Shown: positions 22,135 through 35,579 of the stretch, one piece after another
Layout: the number at the start of each line of letters is the position of its first letter
Position numbering within the stretch: the stretch's first letter is position 1
Source: Hypanus sabinus
Taxonomy: Eukaryota
DNA length: 64,000 nt
Assembly (NCBI RefSeq): GCF_030144855.1
Contig: NC_082729.1
Coordinates: 16,554,001-16,618,000 of the forward strand
Direction: 5' to 3'
Position numbers and translations under genes: made by a program
Notes under the pieces: generated by a model
The model's input: the letters and a program-made list of their open reading frames with translations, nothing else
Database searches by the model: none
Told to the model about the DNA's origin: nothing

Positions 22135-25100
22135 ACAGTAATACTGATACATTTGATTTTAGCTTCTGCCCAAACTGCAGGATGGATTCTATCATATTAT
22201 ATGATCACTGCCTAAAAGGTTCAAATTTGGTTCATTACACAACCCTCAATCCAGAATTGCCTTTTTCCCAGGGTGCTCAACCACAAGCTGTTCTAAAAAG
22301 CCATCTTGTAAGCATTCTACAAATTCCTCCTCTTGGGATCCAGCACCAACCTGATTGTCCCAATCTATCTGCATATTAAAGTACCCCACAATCATGACTT
22401 TTCCCTTTTTAAATGCATTCTTATCTTCCATTGTAATTTATATCCTATGTCCTGGCTACTGTTTGGAGGCCTGAATATAATTCCCATCAGGGTCTTTTTA
22501 CCCTTGTAGTTTCTTAACTCTGCACACAAGTATTCCACACCTGATCCTATGTCATCTCTTTCTAAGGATTTGATTTCATTTCTGAGGCTGTGCCTGCTGG
22601 TCTTAGACTCTCCCACCGTAGGAATCATCCTCTCCACGTCCATCCTACCAAGGCCTTTCACCATTCAATAGGTTTCAATTACCTCACCTTCTGAATTCTA
22701 GTGAATACAGTGATGGCCTAGAACCATCAAAAACTCTTCATATGACAAGCTGTTTAATCCTGGAATCATTTTCGTGAATCTCCTATGAACCCTTTCCAGT
22801 TTCAGTACATCCAAAGACGCTTTTAAAACTGCTCACAATATTCCATGTGAGCCCTCACCAGTGCTTTATAAAGTCTCAACATTACATCCTTGCATATATT
22901 TTCCAGTCCTTTTGAAATAAATGCTAACGTTGCATTTGGCTGCTTCACCACAGACTCAACCTGTAAACCCTACACAAGGACTCCCAAGCCCCATTGTTCC
23001 TCAGTTTTTAGTATTTTCTCTCCATTTATTAAAAAGTCAACCCTTTCAGTTTTTTCTACCAAAGTGCATGACCATACTCTTCCCAACACTATATTCCACC
23101 TGCCATTTCTTTCCCCATTCTCCTAAGCTGTTTGTCCATCTGTAGCCTCTCAGCTTCCTCAAAACTACCTGCCTCTCCACCTGTCTTCATATTGTCTGCA
23201 AGCTTTGCAACTAAGCCATCAATTTCATCATATTGAAATATAATGTAAAAAGAATTGATCCCAAAACTGACCCTCGTGGAACACCAGCAGCCAACCAGAA
23301 AATACTCCCTTTATTCTCACTCTTTCCCCCTGCCAATCGGACACTACTTTTTCCATGCTAAGATCCTTCCTGTAATACCATGGGTTTGTAGCTTGGTAAG
23401 CAGCCTCATCTTTTGGGACTTTGTCAAAGGCCTTCTGAAAATCCAAGTACACAACATCAACTGATTTCTCCTTTGTCTATCCTGCTTGTTATTTCTTCAA
23501 AGAATTCCGACAGATTTGTCAGGCAAGATTTTCCCTTGAGTAAACCTGACAGACTATGATCTATTTTATCATCTGTCTCCAAGTACTTAAAACCTCCTGC
23601 CTTAAAAATCGACTCCAACATCTTCCCAACCACTGTAGTCAGACTACCTGGCCTGTAGTTTCCTTTCTTCTGCCTGTCTTCCTCTTTGACGACTGCAGTG
23701 ATATTTACAATTTTCCAATCTTGCTGAACCAATCCATAATCTAGTGATTCTTGGAAGATCATTACCATAACTCTACAATCCCCTCAATCAACTCTTTCAG
23801 AACACTGGGGTGTACACAATCTGGTCCAGGTGATTTATGTACCTTCAGACCTTTCAGTTTCCCCAGAACCCTCTCTCTAACAATGATAACTTCATCCACT
23901 TAATGACCACTGACACCTGGAAATTCCAGCATACTGCTCGAGTATTCCACAGTGAGGACATACAAAATACTTCTTCAGTTCATCTGCCATTTCCTTGTCC
24001 CCCATTATTACCTCTCCACATCATTTTCTAGTGGTCCGATATCCACTCTCCTCTCTTTTACATGTTATGTGTCTGTAGAAACTTTTGTTATCCTCTTTAA
24101 TATTACTGACTAGATTGCTTTCGTATTCCATCTTTACATTCTTTATTACTTTTTTGTTGCCTTCTGTTGGTTGTTAAACATTTCTCAATTCTCTCACCTC
24201 CCAGTAATTTTGCTCTTTTATATGCCCTCTCTTTGTTTTTTACGTTGGCTTTGACGTCTCTTGTTAGCCATGATTGTATCATCTTGCCTTTAGAATACTT
24301 CTTCCTCTTTGGGATGTATATATCCTGTGCCTTCGGGATTGCTTCCAGAAATTCCAGTCGTTGCTGCTCTGCCATCATCCCTGCCAGTGTTCCTTTTCCC
24401 ATCAATTCTGCCAACTCCTCTCGCATGCCTCTGTAATTCCCTTTACTCTAATGCATGTCCCTAAAGGTTCTTTTACCTTAAGCTCTCCAATCAATTCTGG
24501 TTCATTGCAGAACAGCTAACCCAGAATAGCTGATCTCCTAGTGGGCACAACCGCGAGCTGCTCAAAAAATCCATCTCTTAGGCACTCTAGAAACCCTCCT
24601 TCTGGAATCCAGCACCAAACTGATTTTCCCAGTTTACCTGCATATTGAAATCCCCCATGACCATTGTAACATTGCCCTTCTGGCCTGCATTTGCTATTTC
24701 CCATTGTAATTTGTAGGCCACATTCTTCCTACTCTTTGGGGGTCTGTATGCAACTCCCATCAGGGTCTTTTTACCCTTGCAGTTCCTTAGCTCTATCTAC
24801 AATGATTCAACACCTTCCAACCCTACGCGAGATCTTTCTAATAGAATGATACATCCACCTTTCGTATGATACTTCTGGCAACTTTGTCTGAGGTCTTACC
24901 TCAGACCTTCGTAACCTCTGCACGAACTGTTCCAGCACTGTGGTTCCAAGCCCCCTGCAATTCTCATTTAAATCCCACCATGTAGCATTAAAAAAAACTT
25001 CCCTCCAAGATAATAGTTCCCCTCCAGTTCAGGGGCAAACCGTGCCACCTGTACAGGTCCCACCTTCTATAGAAGGAGTTCAATAATCCAACAATCTTAT

Positions 25101-25500
25101 GCTCTCCCTCCCACACCAACTCCTTAGCCATGTATTAAACTGTGTAATCTTCCTATTTCTGGCCTCACTAGCATGTGATGTGCTAGCAATCCTGAGATCA
25201 CAACCCAGGAAGTCCTGCTCTTTAACTTAGTACCTAACTTTCTGAACTCCATATGCAGAACCTCACCACTCATCCTACCCATGTCATTGGTACCTACACA
25301 GACCATGACTTCTGGCTGTTCACCCTCCCACTTAAGAATGATAAAGATCAGTATGAGATATCCCGGATCCTGGTACCCAGGAGGTAATATACCATCTGGG
25401 AATCTTGTTCTTGCCCACAGAACCTCCTGTCCGTTCCCCCAAGTAATAAATCCCCTTTCACCACAGTGTGCCTCTTCTCCCCCTTCCCTTCTGAGTCACA
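22135..25500 (-). mobile_element. Composite CR1 LINE debris (ORF1 esterase, endonuclease, RT)
   Basis: VCVGTNDM..VVISGLL (ORF1), GDFN-type endonuclease pieces, NYRP.SLT, SCLTNL, YLDFQKAFDKVP. Confidence 0.85.
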
Positions 25501-26259
25501 GAGCTAGGATTCTTCTCCTAATCTCCAGGGAATAAATCTATTCACCTTTCCCTATAACTCAGATTCTCAGGTCCCAGTAACATCATTGTGAACCTTCTCT
25601 GCACTCTTTCACGTTTATCATGACCTTTCCTGTAGGTAGGTAACTAGAACTGAACACAATACTTACAGATTTGGTCTGACCAAGATCTTATAAAGCTTCA
25701 ACATCTCCTAACTTCTTTACTCAATAATATCATTTATTAAGCCCAATCATCCAAGAGCTCTTTTATGGCACTTTCTACATGTGGTGCTACTTTAACGAAA
25801 TTATGTATCTGTATTCCCATATGGATCTTCAAGTAGGCCAATTTTGTGTCTTGCTATGCACTTGCTCGTCTTCCAGAACAACCTCATTCTTTATTTAGTC
25901 CCTCTGGTGTCCTTACTTCTCTTTTATCTCCTCAAGTGCATCACTTGTTCCTTGTTGCCTATTCCTGCAAAAGACTTTTTTTAAAACAGGGTTGCAATAT
26001 CTCTCGAAAACCAAAATTCCCTGAACCTTTTCGTCTAACAGGAGCATACAAGCATTTTACCCTCAATATTTCAGTTCTCAAGCCATTCCACTTACCCAGC
26101 CTCCCTTTGCCAGAGAACAACCTATCCCAATCAACACATGCCATTCCATTCTGATACCGTCGGAATTGGCCTGACTCTAATTTGGAATCTCAACAAGAGG
26201 ACCAATCCTATCCTTCTCCAAAATTATCTTGAAACCAACCGAAATATGACCACTAGTGA

Positions 26260-26460
26260 ACCGATACACTGCCGGGCAAAGACCGCTCCCCCACACCGTC
26301 CTGTTGCCACGGGAACGGCGTCAGTGACGTCGCGCAAAAAAGATCCTACCAAGTGCCTTCCCGTCATGTGATACTCAGACCGCAGACCGGGAGGCGGAGC
26401 ACAGTCGCATGTCAATCAGCGAGCCGCCCCTGGCAGTCACAGGGGCTTCGGTGAGGGAGG
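26260..26460 (+). promoter_or_regulatory. Orphan CpG-rich promoter-like island
   Basis: RFX X-box GTTGCCACGGGAAC at 26303-26316, CRE-like TGACGTCG at 26325-26332, E-box GTCATGTGAT at 26363-26372, possible donor CG|GTGAGG at 26451. Confidence 0.5.
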
Positions 26461-26734
26461 GGAAATAGAATTTGGCACCGGGACAGGGAGGCCGATCGTT
26501 TCAATTATCCGTATATTGAAGGAGAGAAACTGATGAAAAATAATAGTTTAGTTATGTTAAGATGATTCTTTTCAGAACTTGTTTGATATAATCAGTTTAA
26601 AATGACGAACGGATCGAAAACAGACTGAAACCGCTGGAAAATTTAAACTAAAGCAGAGAAACTCAGGAAGCAGCTATGGAGAGAGGAAGGGAGTGAACAT
26701 TTCAGGTTAGAATTTGGAAAGTGAGGGAAACGCA

Positions 26735-26860
26735 ACAAGCGAGAAAAAGCTGCAGATGCTGGAAATCCAAGCAGCACACATAAAACGCTTTGGGAACTCA
26801 GCAGGCCAGGCGGCATCGATGGAAAAGAGTAAACTGTCGACGTTTCGGGCCGAGACCTCA
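26735..26860 (-). repeat. Penelope terminal-repeat fragment
   Basis: Same repeat as 33767-33865, truncated before CTGATGA. Confidence 0.7.
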
Positions 26861-27394
26861 CTTTAATTTGCAGAAAAGAATGTTGGAGAAATCGATGGAA
26901 TTAAATGAATAGCAGTACAGTATAAACCGAAGCCGGGGGAACAGGGCAATGAGGACAGAAAGATGGTGAATAAGATTATCATATTTATCTCATGTACATG
27001 TTTCTAATAGCAGAGATTCGTTTATTCCCACATTCACGGAATGTTACAACACTATAACAGGCCATTCGGCCCTTCAGGTTCATACCAACTGGAAGGAACC
27101 CATCCATATTAATTCCTTCTTCCAGCACTTAGCCTGGGCAATTCAAGTGTTTGATGAGATATTTCTGAAATACCGTCAGCAACTCTGGTTTCACCGCTAT
27201 CTCTGGTACTCCAGGTACTGTACTAACCACTGTCTGGGCAAACAGGTTCTCCTCAGATCTTCTCTCAACCTTTGACCCCCTCAACCTAACCCCATGTCCA
27301 GCAGTTTCATCTACTCATGTTGGGGAAAAGCTCTCTGCAACCTATCCTATCTCTACCCCTCCTCATCATTTTCTATACCCAAATCGCCTCCCCT

Positions 27395-29910
27395 TATCAA
27401 CAGGGATACTGGGTCCAATTTTGTTTGTCATCTATATCAATGACCTGGATGATAATATTATAAAATGGATCAACAAATTTGTGGATGGCGCCAAGATTGG
27501 GGATGTAGTGGACAACGAGGAAGGCCATTGAAGCTTGCAGTGTGATCTGGGAATACAGACCCATTATTCCTTGAAAGTGGGGTTGTAGGTAGCGAGGAAT
27601 GTAAAGAGAGCTGTAGGTATATTGGCCTTCATAAATCAAAACACTGAGTACAGGAGATGGGATGTTATGTTGAGGTGAAATGAATGAGGTCAAGTTTGGA
27701 GTATTGAATGCAGTTCTGGCCACCTATCTGCAGTTAACCATCTGTCCCAGAAAACATTTGAAGCTGTAACCACAAAGAGAATAAATGCACATTTCCAAAA
27801 CTTCCAACAATCAGGCAAAGTGAACAGGGTTTTGTGAAACAGGAAATAAATGCATGCTACAATAGTCATGGGGGATTTCAATATGCAGGTAGACTGGGGA
27901 AATCAGATTGTTGCTGGATTACAGGAGGTTGAATTTCTAAAGTATTAATGAGAGCAACTCATGGTTGAGCCTACTAGGGGATCAGTTATTCTGGATTGGG
28001 TGTTATGCCATGAACCAGAATTGATTGGAGAACTTAAAGTAAAAGAACCCTTAGGGGCAAGTGATCATAATATGATCAAATTCACCCTGAAATTGAGAAG
28101 GAAAAGCTAAAGCCAAATATATCAGTAATTACAGTGGAGTAAAGAGAATTACAGAGGCATGAGAGAGGAGTTGGCTATAATTGATTGAAAAAAAACACTG
28201 GCAGAAATGATGGCAAAGCAGCAATGGTTGCAATTTCTGGAAGCAATTCAGAAGGCACTGGATATACACAATCCAAGGAGGAAGAAATATTCTAAAAAAA
28301 GACAATACAATCATGGTTAACAAGAGAAGTCAAAATCACCATCAAACCCGAAGAGAGGGCAAAATTCAGAGGATTGGGAAACTTTTAAAAACCAACGGAA
28401 GGCAACGAAAAAAATCATTAAGAAGGTAAAGATGAAAAACAAAAATACGCTAGCCAATAATATTAAGGAGGATACCAAAAGTTTCTTCAGATACATAATG
28501 TGGAAAGTAGTGGCGACAGATATCAGGTTGCTGGAAAACAATGCTGGAGAGGTGGTAATAAGGGAAAAAGAAATAGTAGTCAAACTGAGTAAATATATTT
28601 CATCAATCTTTAGTGTTGAAGACAGTAGCAGTACGGAGGAAGTTCCAGGTGTCATGAAGTGTGTGAAGGTACCTAAACTGAGAGAAAGTTCTTAAGAAAC
28701 CATAAGATCTGAAGGTTGATAAGTCACCTGGACCAGATGGTGTACACCCTAGTGTTCTGAAAGAGGTGGCTGAAGAGATTGTTTTAAGAGTCACTAGATT
28801 CTGGAAGACTGGAAGATTTCAAATGTCACTCTACTCTTCAAGAAGGGAAGAACCCATAGGCCAGTTACTCTGACCTCAGTGAAGATGTTGGAATCGATTT
28901 TTAAGGATGAGGTCTCAGGGTACTTGGAGGCACATGATAAAATAGGTTGTAGTCAGTAAGGTTTCCTCAAGGGAAAATCTTGTCTGACAAATCTATTGGA
29001 ATTCTTTGAAGAAGTAACAAGCAGGATAGACAAAGGAGAATTGGTTGATATTGCGTACTTGGATTTTCAGAACGCATTTGACAAAGTGCTACACGTGATG
29101 CAGCTTAACAAACTATGAACTCATGGTATCACAGGAGGCATTGCAGCATAGATAAAGCAGTGTCTGATTGGCAGGTGGAAAAGAACGGGAATAAAGGCAG
29201 TCTTTTCTGGTTGGCTGCTGGTGATGAGTGGTGTTCCAAAGGGGTCTGTTTTGGGATCAATTCTTTTTACATTGAATTTCAATGATTTGGATGATGAAAT
29301 TGATGGCTTTGTTGCAAAGCTTGCAGACAATATGAAGATAGCTGGAGAGGTAGGTAGGTTTGAGGAAGTTGAGAGGCTACAGATTCTGTAACCTATCTGA
29401 AAATTCAATAAAAAAATTTAAAAAAAATGGGGGAAGGAGGGGATATTATGGGAGAAAGTGAGATTGTACATTTTGGCAGGGAAAATATGCAATAAAGCAC
29501 ATTCTCTAAATGTTGAGAGACAGCAGAATGTTTTCTGATGAAGAGGCTTTGGCCTGAAACATTACCTTCAGTTACAACTCCAGTCTCCAATTGCTGCCTG
29601 AGCAGTGTTTTACTTGAATTTCAGAACTCTGGTCTTCACGTTTGTTCTTTTTCCAGAGGAACATCCATTTAGAACAGCAATGAGGAGGAATTTCTTTAGC
29701 TAAAGGGTGGTGAATCTGTAGAATTCATTGCCATGGATGGCCGTGGAGGCCAAGTTCTTGCGTATATTTAAAGTGGAGGTTGTTAGGTTCTTGATTAGTA
29801 GGTTCTTCAAAGGTTATAGGGAGAATGGTTTGAGAGGGATAATAAATCAACTATGATGGAATGGAGAAGATCGATTAGTTGAATGGCCTAATTCTTCTCC
29901 TATGTCTGAT
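27395..29910 (+). mobile_element. CR1 LINE fragments (endonuclease, RT, 3' end)
   Basis: MGDFN, SDHN, SPGPDG, SCLTNL and YLDFQ.AFDKV motifs with frameshifts. Confidence 0.85.
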
Positions 29911-30334
29911 GATTTGATGATAATTTTCAGAAAATTGTGTACAAATCTGAAGAGGTTTTGCGTCAGTTAATATTGGGGGTGGGGTTAGGTGGTAATGTGT
30001 TCTGTTATGGTTAAACGGTTGAAAATTTGCTGTTATGAATCTGATAAAATGAGAGGCTGGTCTTTCTTTTTCAATCTTTTTATTAATTTTCAAATTAATA
30101 TACATAACAGCAGTAGTAGTGCAAAGAGAGTGGGAATACATCATTGATAAATGCATAAACAAACATAAACTAGAAATAACATAAGTATACTAAGCATCCC
30201 ACACTCTTAATGTAATTAAACATGATTAAAAAAAATGCAAAAATATCAAAAGAAAAAACACCCAAATTGAAAAAGGAAGGAAAAAAAGAAAAAGTAACTA
30301 AACTAAACAAAGCTGGGCTATTATATTACATCGG

Positions 30335-31750
30335 ATACTTTACTTACTTCATTGTCACCGAACAATTGATACTAGAGTGTACAATCATCACAGTGATATT
30401 TGCTTCACACTCCCTGAAGTTCAAATCGAAGTAAATATAATAAAAACTTAAATTATAAACCATACTTAGAAAACAGAAATGGAAAAGTACAGTAGTGCAA
30501 GTCAGGTCTGGATATTTGGAAGGTACAGCCCAGATCCGGGTCAGGATCGGTTCAGCAGTCTTATCACAGTTGGAAAGAAGCTGTTCCCAAATCTGGCCGT
30601 ACGAATATTCATGCTCCTGAACCTTCTCCCGGAGGGAAGAGGACAAAAAGTGTGTTGGCTGGGTGGGTCTTGTCCTTGATTATCCTGGCAGCACTGCTTC
30701 GACAGTGTGTGGTGTAAAGTGAGTCCAAGGATGGAAGATTGGTTTGTGTGATGTGCTGGGCTATGTTCACGATCTTCTGCAGCTTCTTCCGGTCTTGGAC
30801 AGGACAACTTCCATACCAGGTTGTGATGCACCCTAGAAGAATGCTTGCTACGGTGCACCTATAAAAATTAGTGAGGGTTTTAGGGGACAAGCCAAATTTC
30901 TTCATCTTTCTCAGGAAGTAAAGGTGCTGGTGGGCCTTCTTGGCAATGGACTCTGCTTGGTTAGACCAGGTCAGGTCATTTGTGATATTCACCCCGAGGG
31001 ACTTAAAGCTTTTGACCTGTTCCACCTGCACACCACCGATGTAGATGGGGTCGTGCGATCCGCTATTCCTTCTGAAGCCAACAACCAATTCCTTCGTCTT
31101 GCTGATGTTGAGGGATAGGTTATTGTCTTTGCACAATGCCACAAGGTTCTTAATTGCCTCTCTGTACTCAGACTCATCATTACCCAAGATACGGCCTACA
31201 ATTGTGGTGTTATCAGCAAACTTATATATTGAGTTCGATGGAAACTTGGCTACACAATCATGGGTGTACAGTGAGTACAGCAGGGGGCTGAGTACACAGC
31301 CTTGTGGGGCACCGGTGCTCAGAGTGATTGTAGAGGAGAGCTTGTCCCCTATTTTTACAGTCTGGGTCCTGTCTATGAGGAAGTTGAAGATCCAGTTGCA
31401 GATCTGAGTGCTAAGACCCAGGTTCCGGAGCTTAGGAATCAGTTTATTTGGAATGATAGTATTAAAGGCAGAGCTGCAGTCGATGAAAAGGAGCCTTACA
31501 TATGCGTCTTTATTCTCCAGGTGTTCCAAGGAGGAATGTATTACCAGAGCGATGGCATCTTCTGTTGACCTGTTGCTCTGGTAGGCGAATTGCAAAGCGT
31601 CAAGGTTGACCGGTAAGTTATGGTTGATGTGTGCCATAACCATTTGCTTGAAGCACTTCATAGCAATTGATGTTAGAGCCACAGGTCGGTAGTCATTCAG
31701 GCATGCCACCTTGCTTTTCTTCGGCACCAGGATTATTGTTTCCTTCTTAA
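30335..31750 (-). mobile_element. Young Rex1/Babar LINE with open RT frame
   Basis: 395-aa ORF 30609-31796 with [32 protein letters not shown] and KFADN; (AGTA)n tail. Confidence 0.92.
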
Positions 31751-33373
31751 AAAACATTAGAATCTTTAATGTTGTTAGTTCCACTCCTCTATCCATACTT
31801 TTAAGGTTGATAATAGGAAATCGGAAAGGTCAAATTACATCATATGAAAATGTTGAATAAATGGTCTCCAAGTTTCTTCAAATTTAACCGAAGGGTCAGA
31901 AGTGGCACTTATGATTCTTTCTAAGCTTAAACATGATATAGTTTGGGAAAACCACTAAAGAACAGTAGGAAGGTTGATCTCTTTCCAATTTAACAGAATA
32001 AATCTTCTAGCCATTGATGTATCAAAAGCAATCATCCAACGAGCTGAGGAGGATGTTGTGTTGGAATGTTGAACTGTGTTCCAACATTGGTAAACCAAAA
32101 ATTGCAGTAATAGGATGGTGTTGCAAATCAGTACGCAAAACTGTTGAAATAGCAACAAAAATATCTTTCTGATATTTTTTCAAAAGCAGACAAGACCAGA
32201 ACATGAAGCTACCTCAGAATGACGTCTATCGCAGACAGGATTTATATGAGAGTAAAAACAAGCTACTTTACCTTTAGACATGTGGGCCCTATCCACCACC
32301 TTAAGTTGTATTAACTTATGATTAACATATATAGAGGAAGAGTTAACTAATTGAAGAATTTTCTCCCAATTCTCTATCAGTAATACAAGTTGAAGTTCCC
32401 TTTCACATTCATTTTAAATTTTGTCAGATATACCTGGCTGTATTTTCACAATCATATCATAGATAGTAGTTATTAAACCCTTCTGATAAGCATTTAAACC
32501 TAACATTTTTCTGTGATATCAGTTGGATACGAAGTCGGAAAAGTAGATAAAATGTAGTATTCAGAAAATCTCTAATTTGTAAGTTTAAAAAAAATGGGAT
32601 CTGGGCAAATTATATTTATTTGACAACTGTTCAAAAGACATGACACAGTTATCCAAAAATAAGTCATAAAAGCATATTATGCCCTTCACTTTCCATATCA
32701 AAAAGGCTTGATCCATAATAGATGGTTGGAAAAAATATTAGATATAATCGGGCATGATAGGATAAATTTATTCAAACCAAAAATTTTATGAAACTGAAAC
32801 CATATTTGTAGTGTATATTTAATTACTGGATTAGCTATTTGTTTATTGAGTTTAGAAAGAGCAAAGGGAAGTGAATTCCCTAAAATAGAAACCAATGTAC
32901 CAATTTACATTCAAGGTTTACTCATTGTGGACTTGGAATTATATCCAAATCCTGTGTCCAAAATATTAAATATTGGATATTAATTGCCCAGTAATAAAAT
33001 CTTAAATTTGGTAATGCCAAACCACCATCCTTTTTAGACCTGTATTTTTTACTTAACCTAGGATTTTTATTTTGCCATATATATGAAGAAATCTTAGAGT
33101 CAACAGTATCAAAAAGGATTTAGGAATAAAAATTGGTACCGTTTGAAATTGATATAAAAATTTAGGTAGAATAATCATTTTAATAGCATTGATTCGACCC
33201 ATCAGTGATAAAGCCAATGGGGACCATTTAGTAAGCATTTGTTTAACCTGATCAATTAAAGGTAAAAAATTGACCTTAAATAAATCGTTATGTTTCTTAG
33301 TAATTTTAACACCCAGATAAGTAAAATAATCAGTAACCAATCTGAATGGTGAGCGTCTATAAATTGGAACCTG

Positions 33374-33588
33374 TGTAGCGATGTACTATATACAGAGCTA
33401 AAAACAACGACACTCTGACGGTAAATCGATTCGAGACTAGTTTATTCAAATTTTGCGGCACTGGTTTTTAATCCCTAGTTCCCGCCCTCTCCGGGCGGAA
33501 ATGACATCAGAGGTGCATTACCAAAGTCTCTCCTCGCGCGCGGGCTATTTGTGAGCCGGTTCGCCTGCGCAGAAAGTGGGTCGCCACA
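33374..33588 (-). mobile_element. Solo LTR inside L1 ORF2
   Basis: TGTAGCGA...TCGCCACA inverted ends, 4-bp near-TSD CCTG/CCGG, minus-strand AATAAA. Removing it restores the L1 frame (NMQVPIY). Confidence 0.75.
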
Positions 33589-33766
33589 CCGGCATATTTA
33601 ATGGAAAAAGTTCACTCTTATTAAGATTCAGTTTGTAGCCAGAAAAATTATTGAACTGAGCGAGCAAGAATGTTACTACAGGAATGGATTTGTCAGGATT
33701 AGAGATATATAGTAACAAATCATCTGCACATAGTGATAATTTATGTATCTCATTCCCACGGTAATA

Positions 33767-33865
33767 ACAGGTCCTGACGAAGGGTCTCAGCCCGAAACGT
33801 CGACAGCGCTTCTCCCCATAGATGCTGCCTGGCCTGCTGTGTTCCTCCAGCATTTTGTGTGTGTT
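33767..33865 (+). mobile_element. Penelope terminal-repeat insertion
   Basis: 6-bp TSD GTAATA (33761-33766, 33866-33871) within the L1 RT. Confidence 0.75.
33771..33804 (+). ncRNA. Minimal (short stem III) hammerhead ribozyme with intact core
   Basis: GTC-CTGACGA-A-GGGT(CTCA)GCCC-GAAA-CGTC-GAC; palindromic ACGT stem III; predicted cleavage after 33801. Confidence 0.65.
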
Positions 33866-34003
33866 GTAATACCAAGTATATTAGGTGAATCTCGAATAGC
33901 AATAGCTAAGGGTTCTAAGGCAATATCAAATAGTAATGGGCTAACAGGACAGGCCTGCCTGGTGAGTGAGGCCAGTCTCTGCTCTGGCTGTCCCTCTGAC
34001 ACC

Positions 34004-34120
34004 GTCTCCACCCCTTCCCGCCTCGCTCTCTCGCACAGTCCGTCACTCTGTCTCCACCCCTTCCCGCCTCTCTGTCTTTCTGCGCCATTCTCGGGCAGGT
34101 CGGGGCGCTGTGTTTAAAAG
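34004..34120 (+). promoter_or_regulatory. H4 promoter
   Basis: Perfect 21-nt direct repeat (34004-34024, 34050-34070), CAGGTC H4-box-like motif, TTTAAAA TATA-like box at 34113-34119. Confidence 0.6.
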
Positions 34121-34152
34121 CAGACAGCAGCGGTCAGTTCGTTATTGAGTAG

Positions 34153-34485
<333 letters not shown>

Positions 34486-34516
34486 GGAATTCTATTGGTT
34501 CTAAACACAACACAAA

Positions 34517-34557
34517 GGCTCTTTTAAGAGCCACCCACCACCTCACAGAGAGAGCAG
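34517..34557 (+). terminator. Histone 3' stem-loop and HDE (H4)
   Basis: GGCTCTTTTAAGAGCC then ACCCA; purine-rich GAGAGAGCAG downstream. Confidence 0.95.
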
Positions 34558-35074
34558 TGACCCCGAGCAGAAATAGACGACCTTTAGAATTATTTATCGG
34601 TGAGGCAATCTTTGTCCGTAGTTTATTTTATACAGGAGAAGAGTCCCCTATACGTTACAGTAGAGGTGTAGAAAAATACAAAAGCTCCGAATGCGATTCA
34701 GTAAACTCGGCTTGTTTAAAAAAAAATAATTGCAGCAATTTTAAGTACAATTAGGACAACTCCCTCAAAAACCATTTCTAGTGACAGCGAAATGTTCGGG
34801 TTATTCGAAATGGAAAGGATCGGCTGTTTGAATTCGATACCAGATATGAAACCGATCACACCGCCGGAGCCTCTAATAGACATGGTCGGGGCGGACATTT
34901 ACTTATAACAGTGGGCGGAGGACTCAACTCAGACTTTTCAGATTAAGTACCTACCGTTAACATTGAGTCTCGATTGGCACCAGTAAGGAATTTCAACGCA
35001 CCCTACCTGTTGATTAGTACATCAATCTAATCCGATCTAAAGTCCTTTCCCCCGCGCTCAGCGTATCCGCAGAG

Positions 35075-35115
35075 CAGCCCTTTCACAGACACTGTGAGTG
35101 GCTCTGAAAAGAGCC
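35075..35115 (-). terminator. Histone 3' stem-loop and HDE (H2A)
   Basis: GGCTCTTTTCAGAGCC at 35100-35115; GAAAGGGCTG downstream. Confidence 0.95.
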
Positions 35116-35144
35116 TTTGGTTCACTGGGTCAGATTCTGTCTTT

Positions 35145-35525
35145 TCACTTGCTGGCTCCGCCGGTTTTCTTGGGCAACAGCACGGCCTGGATGTTGGGCA
35201 GCACCCCGCCCTGAGCGATGGTCACCCCTCCCAGCAGCTTGTTGAGCTCCTCGTCGTTGCGGACGGCCAGCTGCAGATGCCTGGGGATGATGCGGGTCTT
35301 TTTGTTGTCCCGGGCCGCGTTGCCGGCCAGCTCAAGGATTTCAGCCGTCAGATACTCGAGCACAGCAGCCAGATAGACTGGGGCTCCGGCACCCACCCGC
35401 TCAGCATAGTTACCCTTTCTCAGCAGCCTGTGAACACGGCCCACCGGGAACTGCAGTCCGGCCCGGGACGAGCGAGACTTGGCCTTAGACCGAGCTTTGC
35501 CGCTAGTTTTTCCTCGTCCGCTCAT
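35145..35525 (-). CDS. H2A: Histone H2A, canonical type, 126 aa
   Basis: [35 protein letters not shown]...[11 protein letters not shown]; no SQEY tail. Confidence 0.98.
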   Translation of the reverse strand: MSGRGKTSGKARSKAKSRSSRAGLQFPVGRVHRLLRKGNYAERVGAGAPVYLAAVLEYLTAEILELAGNAARDNKKTRIIPRHLQLAVRNDEELNKLLGGVTIAQGGVLPNIQAVLLPKKTGGASK

Positions 35526-35579
35526 TTTGAAAACCACAGCAGATCTTTCAGAGAGAATATGGAAATATTTCCGACTCTC

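Larger units (their letters stand above)
30060..33965 (-). mobile_element. 5'-truncated L1 LINE hosting nested insertions
   Basis: RQACPVSPLLFDIALEPLAIAIR, HKLSLCADDLLLY, YLGVKI, SLMGRINAIKMIILPKFLY; A-rich tail near 30060. Confidence 0.88.

Noticed and set aside
26300-26420. MHC class II S-X-Y module
   Set aside because: X-box and CRE are present but there is no correctly spaced Y box or MHC exon.
35145-35180. H2A.X
   Set aside because: No C-terminal SQ(E/D)Y motif.
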